Below are positions 1-9,599 of a stretch of 64,000 bases of DNA, in pieces. The notes under the pieces are model-generated. The model did no database searches. It saw only the letters and a program-made list of their open reading frames with translations, and was not told the origin of the DNA. The stretch spans positions 17,298,001 to 17,362,000 of the forward strand of contig JBHGNT010000012.1 in assembly GCA_043228905.1 (NCBI GenBank). The letters run 5' to 3'. Within the stretch, counting starts at the first letter, position 1, and each line of letters begins with the position of its first letter. Origin of the DNA: Azolla caroliniana. Its lineage: Eukaryota > Plantae > Polypodiophyta. The position numbers and the translations under genes were made by a program.

Positions 1-1249
1 TGTGGGAAGCACATATGAGGAAACAAGTTAAAAAGATGAAATAAGGGAGCAATTATACACGTGATGCTAGCTTAAAAATTACAGGAACAATCATGTATAT
101 AATTATATACCAAATATGTTGGTTAACACATAACACTCGATTATAACACCAGATGTCAAGGGTTCGAATCTTGACATGACCGAAAATTAGCAAAAGAAGA
201 CATAGCTTAGTCTTCAAGAACTTATATTAGGAGTGTGAGGTCAAAGGTTCAATCTCTTAATCAACAATGAAGGGAGAAAGGTGATTTATAGTAACTAGTA
301 AGGTACATGGTAAAGATGATTTATAGTATGTGGTAAATACAAAAAAAGGACATAAAGGTTTTGTGTCAATCAATTCTCGTCATCAGGTGCATCGACTCAT
401 CATTAGGTGCTACAACAACTTACTCTTTGGTAATGGCCCTCTTAAAACCTATAAAATTGATTAGGTGCATCGACTCATCATTAGGTGCTACAAGAACTTA
501 CTCTTTGGTAATGGCCCTCTTAAAACCTATAAAATTGAAAACATAGCTCATTGTTGGGGAAGGATTTTGGATCAAGGCGGAAATGTTACTAAAATCTTGA
601 ATGAGCTTGGGGTAGCGAATTGAGAGGGTGTTATAGACCACCAATGACAAGAGGCAACGAAGTTGTCTCGTCATCCCCCTAACCCAAAACTTGAGGACAT
701 CCCTTTGAAACTTTACCAACAAATCCTAAATCTTTAACTCCTATCTACCTATGCCTTCTCAGTCACTCCATGTAACAGAGTCAATATAATCTCATTTTCT
801 ATGATTTAGATTAATCCTTTGATGTAATTTGCTTTTTAATACAACTATATAAAACTAAATTATGTAATCTATTATCTAGTGCTGCAAGTTATTGAATAGG
901 GATCGTGTAAGAAATTTCAAATTATGACTTTGACTTTGAAGCATGAAGCTACACAATTTGGAGCTAGATTTGCGAAAAGAATAGTCCTCAAAATTACTAC
1001 TTCGTGAAACTCACACCATCGGTAGGAAGAGTTCATCACGAGGTTAATATCAAAACTTTCAAAATGCAATTCTGGTGACAGGATGAGAAGTTGGAGCCCT
1101 TTTTTCCTCTTCGAACCTTCTCTTTCTCTAACGCTCTCCTACTCCAACATCAAAACATGGCAATTAGAATTTGCAACCCATCCTCTCTAGTTCAAGTTCC
1201 GGATGGTCCACCTCTCGTTTCACATGCATGCGCATAACTTCGTGACAAC
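1..1249 (+). mobile_element. LTR-like repeat (probable solo LTR), family A, copy 1; may start a few bp before the window
   Basis: The start tgtgggaagcacatatgagg matches the reverse complement of the 20950-20972 terminus. The end ttcaagttccggatggtccacc...ttcgtgacaac matches 9387-9444. Internal similarity to 7300-8000. Confidence 0.6.
385..538 (+). repeat. 78-bp perfect-length tandem duplication inside family A copy 1
   Basis: aggtgcatcgactcatcattaggtgctacaa(c/g)aacttactctttgg...ataaaattga occurs at 385-460 and 463-538 with one mismatch. Confidence 0.95.
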
Positions 1250-1258
1250 GTATACAAT

Positions 1259-1668
1259 TGTTATGCCTTGGGACTGGACTAGCCCTAACATAGGGTGTCC
1301 CTCTAGGACACTTCACCAAAGGGTGGTGCAAATGGGGTAGACATAGACCGTAATGTAAACATATCCCTAACCGGCTATTAACCGGTATGGTTAATGATCA
1401 TAATACATGTGTAAGATAGATTAGATTAAGCACAAAACGGTATTTAACTAGAAGCTTTAAAGATTAACAATACGTAATAGAACAACACTTTCATTAATTA
1501 ACCGCTAATTGATTACAATCTAGCTGAGTCCTTTTATAGGTCACCGGCTCTGGGTGCCAACCAGTGCCAACTGGCAACTGGCTACAAATCGGTCCGGATT
1601 CGAATCAGCATACCGATTCCGGGTCTGCCCGTTCGTTTATCAAAATAATAATAATAATTATAGATACA
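1259..1668 (-). repeat. 3' LTR of the 1259-5606 element
   Basis: On the minus strand it begins TGTATCTA directly after the PPT GGGGAAGGGATAA and ends GGCATAACA. Closely similar to 5178-5551, apart from an indel of about 30 bp. Confidence 0.85.
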
Positions 1669-1958
1669 TTATCCCTTCCCCATTCTGGACTTAATCCGAC
1701 TTTTGATGTTGTTGCTTCTGCTTCGCTCCTGCTCCTGCTCCTCTGGTCTCTCTGGTTCAATTGGTCCCTCTGGTTCCACTTGTCTCTCTGGTTCCACTGG
1801 TCTTGCTGGTTCCACCGGTCCCGAGGTTTCCAGTTCTGGTTCTATTGGTTTGGGCTCCTCCTGCTGATGGTTTCCCATGTGCAGGTTTCCATTTTTCGGT
1901 TATGCTCCTCCAAAGTTATGTTCGGTTGGCTTCCCCCAGCTTCGGCTTCATTCAGCGC

Positions 1959-4647
1959 CTACTCCGAAGACTGCTCCTCATCACTGATGTTGATCGTCGC
2001 AGTTCTTCTGACCACTTCTTGTTGTCGCCATTCTCGTTCATACCGCTCGAGTTGGAGTTGAGTATCCAGCTGGTCATCGTCCAACTGTTCCACCAATCGC
2101 CTCACCGCCGCCAATTGGTCCCCGACTAACGATATGAAGTCGTCCGACAATTCCTCCCTTATAGCTACAATGTTTTCTTCGTCCAATTTATAGAAATCAT
2201 CGCCATCCTTCCGCCGATTCTCCGCATCTACTCTCAACATTTGTAACTCCGCTGCCTACTTAGCCTATTGAGACCACCATTGAACAGAATTTTCTTCCAC
2301 CAGTCGCTTCATCCGGTCTCTCCATGTCCGCACCAAATCACAGATTCACCCCAGCCCCATCTTCGACTTGTTCTCCGCGACCTATTTTTCGTCCTTCAAT
2401 TGTTTGATCAGGCTCGTAGTTGCCGCTTCTTGATTTCTGTAGTGCATGAGCTGGGTTTGATAGGTCATCTGAACTTTGTTCAGAGCCATTGTAGCGCGCT
2501 CTGTTGCCTCCAAGTGCTGCCGAATCAGCTCTACCCATTCTTTCGTCGCTTCTGCCAGTCGTTTCGCTACTTCAGCCCCCTTTGACTGCTCCTCTACCAA
2601 GGCTTCCACGGTTCGGTTAACCTCATCTCGAAGTTCCCGTAACTTCTCCTGCTGCGAGTCACTTTCAGTAATCAATTTCTTGTGTTCCGCATGCAAGTGT
2701 TTGTGATCCTGGTGCAGCCGATCAAAGTCGTCCGTTTCTTGTTTCAGCCGTTGGTTGATCAGATGTCGAGCACAGTCTTCCCGGAGCTCTTCCTTGAGTT
2801 GCTCGATCTCTACTTCCGCCGAGCGCTGGAGTTTGTCCTTTTCTTGTAGGAGTTTTTCTTTTTCTTCCTTCAGCTGGTCATATGCTTGATGACCTTTACG
2901 CAGGCTTTCTTCGACTCGCCGGAAACTTTCGGCTAATTTCCTTTGTTCTTCCTCAACCACCTTCTTCCCTTCACGTTCTCGCGCCCTTAAGGCCTCTTGG
3001 GCTTCCAATTCTTCCTTCAGCGTGGCGAGTTCTTGTTCCTATGCCTTATTCTTATCAAGGACTGTTTCAGTCACCGGGGTCTTATTATTCTATACACTCA
3101 CCGGTGCCACCGGTTTTGATTGTTGTGGTCCTTCGATGACCAGCTTCGCCGCCTCTTCTCTGGTCCTTTCCACTTCTTGTTCCATACTCCGGATTCTCGA
3201 CCGGGCCTTCTCTAGTTCTTCGGTTGTGGCGAGCAACCGGTCCACATGTGCTCTCTCTTCCGCTTCTATGTGGCACACCACCCCAGCCACTTGTTCTCCT
3301 ATCCATCGTAGCCAATGGCTGACAGTGCCTTGTTGCTGGGTCGGTTTTGGTCATGGGGTGGTTTCTGCACTGGTTGAGAACCTCTTCTGGGTGGTTAGCG
3401 AAAGTTCTGGTTCTTGCACTTTGTTGCTGTGTCGGTGACATCGGCAATTCGATCACCGGTCTTTGAACATCCGGTTCCGTTAATTCTTGCCGCACAGGTG
3501 CTACTAACATCGGCTCTAATTGACCCGATTCTGACTCCTCCCCTGGTTGCGGCTCCTTGGGGCAGGTCTTTGGTAAACTGTCCCTTACCGGACTTGCTTC
3601 CTCCCCTTTGTGGTTCTCGTCGCGTGTCTGTTTGCGATGTACTAGGGGCTCGACAGGTTCTTTTTCCTGCTCCTCTGCTAGGGTGCCACTATTGATTAGC
3701 GCCGCCAAGGGGTCTTGCTCCTGTGATTGTTCCGATGGTTGTTCGGGCCGGCGCAACTTAATTTTTAAGGGTCTCACCGATGTCTCCTTCTCTGTCGTAC
3801 GCTTCCGGCTTGGTTGCTCCTTCGCCTTCTATGAGGTGTCGACCGATTTCCATCTGATCGCCTATTTAGCCAGTAGTTGCTGCCTTTTTGACGATTGGTT
3901 AGGGGTGGATTCTGTCGGTCGCCCCTGCTTCTTCGACTGTATCGGCTCTACCAGCGGCGCTAAAAGAGTGAGCCATTGCGCCACCGCCGTCCACATCTTC
4001 TTGTCTTCCTTTACTGACGTTATGGTTGCGCTTAGACTGTCATCGATGATCACCGGCCAATCCACCTGTACCCCTTCATAAGTCGCTATAATAAAACCGG
4101 CTCTATTCTTTGGCATAGTCAGGGGTCGAGGGTGTATATGCCCATACTCATGAAGCACACAAGCAACCTCTCCGAATAGAGCGTCCTCGCCGCCTTCTGT
4201 GTGGTACGCATTTCTAGCCAGGGAGTACTCATCGAAGAACTTTGTGAGCATCTCTGGTGAAGGGTTGTCGATCGAGAATAATCTGCCCTCTGGTAGGCCG
4301 GTCATGGTGCGAATGGCCTCTTCTGTGATGACCTCCGTATCGATCTCTTGCACGACTTTCTCTGCCTCGTTGTGCGGAGGTGCCTCAACGATTCTTAGGA
4401 ACCCTTCCAAGCCATGTTGCTTGAACCATTTCTTGGCCGTTTTCGAGAGTGCCATGTGTTCCATCTCGTTATCTGAGTCTGTGGGACTTGGAAGGATTAG
4501 TACATCTGTGTGTTCCTCTTGCGTTCGTCTGATCACTCTTAATTGGCTGTGTGCGCTTAGTGCTCGGTTCTCGCGAAATGAGAGGGACTCTGTGAGGCAG
4601 AGGTTTTGTCTCTCCATGCTTGACGCCTTTTCTTGATTCCCGCACAT
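1959..4647 (-). pseudogene. Disrupted long additional 3' ORF of the retroelement (globular N-terminus, disordered linker, coiled-coil C-terminus)
   Basis: ORFs 3862-4647 and 3085-3777 share one frame. ORFs 3090-3290, 2382-3008 and 1959-2240 share a second frame. This fits one ORF of roughly 900 codons with one frameshift and several in-frame stops. E/K/Q/R-rich heptad-like sequence. Confidence 0.7.
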
Positions 4648-4787
4648 GCACGTCGTGTACTATTATAGCAGTCGATTGACACTTGGTGGGCTTTTAAAGA
4701 GGCTTTAATTAGCCACCAACCACACCTTTTCAAAGTGCTTGTTTGCTCCTCGCCTATGCATGATGACTTTTCTTTTTTAATTGAGCA

Positions 4788-5100
4788 TTAGTCCCGGTTG
4801 TCCGGTAACACCGGCTCCTCTTGGTTGCCGGCCAATTGCTTGCCGCTTCCGGTTACTGCGTTAGTCTGTACCTGATGAAATGGGTTCGGTGGCATGGGCC
4901 CGTAATAGGGTTTAAGCCGGAACCCGTTTACCCATTTATCCAGGACCTCGCCGGCCAGCATGCCTAACTGGTAAGAGCCATTGAATTCTCGCATGATCCA
5001 GTATGGTCCGGTTCACCGGAATTGTAGCTTACCCGACATCTTCCCCATCTAGGTTTGAAACACGAGCACTAGCTTGCTGATTTCAAACAACTTCTCATTG
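4788..5100 (-). pseudogene. Remnant of Ty3/gypsy integrase C-terminus (GPY/F region)
   Basis: ...GKLQFR*TGPYWIMREFNGSYQLGMLAGEVLDKWVNGFRLKPYYGP. No chromodomain follows, so non-chromovirus type. Confidence 0.75.
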
Positions 5101-5154
5101 CCCTTCCGGTGCCGGTCGACGAATGGGGTAGATGTAGACTGTAATGGGGTAGAT

Positions 5155-5170
5155 CCCATCGTGGTCGCCA
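5155..5170 (-). promoter_or_regulatory. Primer binding site, probably for tRNA-Arg
   Basis: Minus strand TGGCGACCACGATGGG lies just inside the 5' LTR. It resembles the complement of the plant tRNA-Arg(UCG) 3' end ...GTGGTCGCCA (recalled sequence, not searched). Confidence 0.7.
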
Positions 5171-5177
5171 AAAACTG

Positions 5178-5606
5178 TGTTATGCCTTGGGGCTGGACTA
5201 GCCCTAACACAGGGTGTCCCTCTAGGACACAAACCGTAATGTAAACGTATCCCTAACCGGTTATTAACCGGTATGGTTAATGATCATAATACACGCGTAA
5301 GATAGATTAGATTAAGCACATGACGGTAATTAACTAGAAGCTTTAAAGATTAACAATACGTAGCAGAACAACACTTTCATTAACTAACCGCTAATTGATT
5401 ACAATCTAGCCGGGTCCTTTTATAGGTCACCAGCTCTGGGTGCCAATTGGTGCCAATTGGCTACTGGCTACGAATCGGTCCGGATCCGGATTGGCATATC
5501 GATTCTGGGTCCGTCCGTTCGTTTCTCAAAATAATAATAATTATAGATAAATTATCCCTTCCCCATTCTGGACTTAATCCGGCTTTTGAGTCTTTGCCGG
5601 CCAACA
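5178..5606 (-). repeat. 5' LTR (5178-5551) plus a 55-bp PPT-containing extension (5552-5606)
   Basis: Direct repeat of 1259-1706, followed by gtctttgccggccaaca and the TSD. Confidence 0.8.
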
Positions 5607-7289
5607 ACAATATGTCGAACTTTAAGAGGAATGCTTCCATTGAGCAATTGCGACCATGATTTCTTAATCTTAGAGGACCCCATGCATTGATCCTTCTTTC
5701 TCAATTAAATGTTGCTATTGTTGACACATACCTCGTAGTAACAAATTTTGCTATTGTTGCCAATGCATAAACTCGTCCTTCAATAAGTATGAAAATATGC
5801 CAATATATGCAATGAAGACTTCGTAGAGTATTAATCCCACTTACTCCTCATATGTTCAACATATAATGCAATTCACAATAATGGTTATGATGTCCCTACT
5901 CAACAAGTTCAAGTTCAAATATTGACTAACATTGAGGACACATTCTTTGATTGAACTATGCATAATGTTAGTTCAACATTTATTGATGAATCCTAACCTT
6001 GATCATGATGTATGGACAATAACCATTGAAACTAACATTTGCCAAGCAAGTGTTCCTATTCTACTCTTAATTAAGCCATACCAATGTGTTATGTGTGCAT
6101 ATAATGGTCCATACAATAGCCATCTAGACTATTAGCTAATGGAGAAGGGTTTTCCAATGTTGATGCATGTATGATGCTATTAATTAACTCCTAAACTTGA
6201 GCATGTGTGTTAATAACGACAAAGGTTCAAAATCGATTAGATATTTATGATGATGTTGCCAAAATAGTAAGATTTTGTTTTGGTGAGTAGTTATGATTGT
6301 TCCAATTATTTCTTAATAAGAAATATTTATTCCTTCACATATATTGGATCATAAAAAGTCCGTTCATAGAATGTAGTTTTGAGGATTACAACCTATATTT
6401 TAATGATTGTTGAGGGTGTTAGAGGAAACAATCTCTAGGGAATGTACAAAGAATCAAAGCATCCAACATGGCAGACGGAAAGTAAAGGATACATTGGATA
6501 AAATAGAGTGCATTGTAATCCCAAACCCAATCATAGAGGACATGCGGCTAACAAATTTCAAGGTAATATGCGTGGAAGGCAAGTGAAATGGTATAAAAAG
6601 CAACATAGTTTGATAAAAACCTCATGTCAATCATAAGGGTTCAGCACAAGTAAGACAATTAAAGGCAAGCAATGTAAGGAGTAAAAGAGAAACAAGAGAA
6701 CAAGTTGGAGGCATGTTGAAATAATGAGCAATTACCTTGATAGGAGAGGTCAGCGATGAGCCTATGACATGACGTAAGAGGGATGGTTTTTGTTGTAATA
6801 AAAAATGTACTACGTCTCATTCTTTGAATTTAAAAATTAGTTTTTTGCTATCTAATATGTAAATAACATGGTTACGTGTGTGTAAATATAGAATAGAATA
6901 TATATTTGATCGTCTACAAGGAGGCCAAATTTGATCTACAAGACTCAATAAACATATTATCTTGTATGTGACTCCTTCCTAAGAAGGGAGGTTACTACTC
7001 TATTGTCAAAACTCTCTATCTGAAAATAAGCCACACATATGTGCTCACCCCTCTTTGTGGGGGTTCAAATATGACACTTGAATTATCATGCCCATCTAAT
7101 AAGTCATAATTCTAACGAATTACCTTATACGCTGAGCATGCAAGAAGTGAGTGACATTCATCCTCCACTAGGTTTTCATTGCATATATTACACATCTTCA
7201 TATTAGGGTGATGATGCCACCTTTGTAGAAGTGTTAATGATCTCAGAGAGCTTGGATCATGATCATAGTATTAACAAAAGGTAATAAAA

Positions 7290-9444
7290 AGATATCGTAC
7301 AATTAACAAGAGCTTACGTTAGGAACGAAAGGTCAAAGGTTCGAGCTTTATCAAAACTACGAAAGGTTCAACAAACGCCAATAGGATGAGGGGGAGGAAT
7401 GCAAAAGGATGGACATGGAGATTTGGCATTTTGCTCATGCCAGGCGCTCGAGGAAAATAAGTGAAAAAGGAGGTACATGATAAAAAGGGACATTACTATT
7501 TCTATTTGCATTAAGAGCTCAAAAGGCCAATAAAAGGGAGAAAAAAGCTCATTATTAAGAATATAATTTTGTACAAGGCAGAATTGTTGCCAAATTTCTA
7601 CAAGAGCTCAATATTGAGAATCACAAGAGTGCTGAAGACTATTGACGACTTAGAGAAGCGGACGAAACCGTCTTGCTGGTCCATGAACCGAAACTCGAGG
7701 ATATCCCCTTTAAATTCCAGCTACTCCTATAATACCTTCAACTTCTTATCTATTTGCCATAAATTGATGGAGTCAAGTTATAATGATATAAATTTGTTTT
7801 AAGCAAATCTACAATCTATTACTATTCATATTCGAACAAGGATTGTGATGGAACTTTCAGCTCAAAAATCATAGTTTGTGGTGTGAAGTCACACAAATTT
7901 GGAGTAGAATCAATGAAAGACAAATCTTTCGTATTCTATGTGAGAAAACTCACAACCAACAAGAAGAACTCACTACGAGGATCGCGTTGGAAATTTTTTT
8001 TTCCATAAAAAATATCCTCCATTGGTATTAACATAAAGAGGCCAAAGGAAATATACAAAAAAGTCTAGTATTACAAAGAAAAATGCAACATAATTAACTA
8101 GAAAACTATTGAACACTCGTGCAACTCTAATAGTCTCAACAACATCGGGCTCAAGATTTTGGCCTAATGAAGACTACCCCATATAAAACAAATAGCTTCA
8201 CCTACAGAAAACAACACCTCCTCCACCGTAGTCCCGCTCAATGGAAATATCGCATTTAGCGCTGCTTCCGAAAGTATCTTTTCAGGGCCACCATGGCAGA
8301 TATGCCAAGAAAATACTGTTTCTACACCTGTACTGTTCATCACCATAAAAAAATAGAGGTAAAAAGCCCCGTAGTCCAATATGACCAACTGCTTCCACTA
8401 CAATTCCTGATAGGAGAGGATTTCCTGTTATCTCACGTGTACTTGTCTCAACCAGCTTACTCTCCCAACCTACACATTTTTGCAAATTTCTTTGGTGACT
8501 GAGCAACAACAACCAAAAGTCCATTTGATGCCTTAACATGTAAATCAACAGTTCCATTTACGGCGATGACATGTTCCAATAACAACAACATATGTTCATC
8601 TAGGGATGATCTGTCAGACTCTTTGTAACATTTCAAAAAGGAAAATCATTGCTTCATAGGTCTTTGATTCGAATATAAGATCCTGCTCTCCTAGTCTTGG
8701 TTGAATAGCCAACCCAAATTGTTGTTTCCCAATGAAGTTCAGCAACGAAGTTCATGTACAACCCAGATAGTGTTGGAAATATTGGATCTCAAGTCCAACT
8801 ATTGCGTGAAAAGTTGTGAGTTTATGTGAAAATTCATAGTTTCTCGAAAAGGGGAGCCTTTGACTCTAGCCAGCCTTCGAGTCAAAGGCTACCTTTTAAC
8901 CAAACCTTCGATCAAAGCCTTCTTTCGAACGCTGCCACACTATTGTTCCCACCACCTTCACTCACTAGTCATTGCCAATGGTTGCCGTTGTCTATTATTG
9001 GTCTGTCGCCATTACCTATTGGTTGCTCTTCCCCATTGCTAGAATTGTTGACATTGTCGATTGTTGCTACCAACTCCTTTCCTCCACCTTGTTGATTTGC
9101 AGGTGACGTCCCACATCACTCCAATCTAATTTTCAAGTAATCCTCTTTCTTTTTTCCTCCTTTTCACTTTTTGTTTACACTTAAATAAATTGAAAGTCTT
9201 AACTCCTACCCTTTCCTTTCACCCTTCCTTTTTCCTAAAACAAATAAGTGCCCGCCCACCCACACAATATAAACAAACAAAATTTCCCTAAATACTAGTG
9301 CACACACACACTCACGAGCTTCCAAAAGAATTAAAGAATTTCCGAGAACCAAAGACAACAACTTGAGTCTTCTTCATCCACTTTGGTTCAAGTCCCCGGT
9401 GGACCTGCTCTAATTTCACATGCACACGTGTATTTTCGTGACAA
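7290..9444 (+). mobile_element. LTR-like repeat family A, copy 2 (left edge approximate), interrupted by a LINE
   Basis: Shares motifs with 1-1249: ggtcaaaggttc, gagga(c/t)atccc(c)ttt, gaag(c)t(c)acacaa(a)tttggag and the terminal ttcgtgacaac. Confidence 0.6.
7995..8771 (-). mobile_element. 5'-truncated L1-like LINE with poly(A) tail and 9-bp TSD
   Basis: T-run at about 7994-8002. GTTGGAAAT at 7986-7994 and 8772-8780. Degenerate ORF2 C-terminal motif (..YRCRNSIF). Confidence 0.7.
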
Positions 9445-9599
9445 CTTTTAGCCATTTTTACTTCATATTAGGGCCAAGATTGAGGGGTCCCTATTTGGAA
9501 TGTAAAATTGCAATTTTGACATTTTAGCATCTTGCCACTTCATCTTTAGTGCCTCTATTCATCTATCCTCGATGATCACATAATTCATAGTATCACCCA

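Larger units (their letters stand above)
1259..5606 (-). mobile_element. Non-autonomous Ty3/gypsy (Tat/Athila-like) LTR retrotransposon, gag-pol deleted
   Basis: Direct repeats at 1259-1706 and 5178-5589, TGT...ACA ends, and a 5-bp TSD ACAAT (1254-1258 and 5607-5611). PBS at 5155-5170 and PPT at 1669-1681. Integrase C-terminal remnant TGPYWI...WVNGFRLKPY. Confidence 0.9.

Noticed and set aside
112-185. Functional tRNA gene
   Set aside because: No convincing acceptor or D stems. Only a T-arm/B-box-like part is present, so it is reported as a tRNA-like motif.
1564-4636. Plus-strand ORFs within the LTR element
   Set aside because: Antisense shadows of the GC-richer minus-strand ORF and of its PE-rich repeats.
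5650-6800. Possible degenerate gypsy pol; a similar weak signal lies at 39000-39600
   Set aside because: Only faint motif echoes, which cannot be supported without a profile search.
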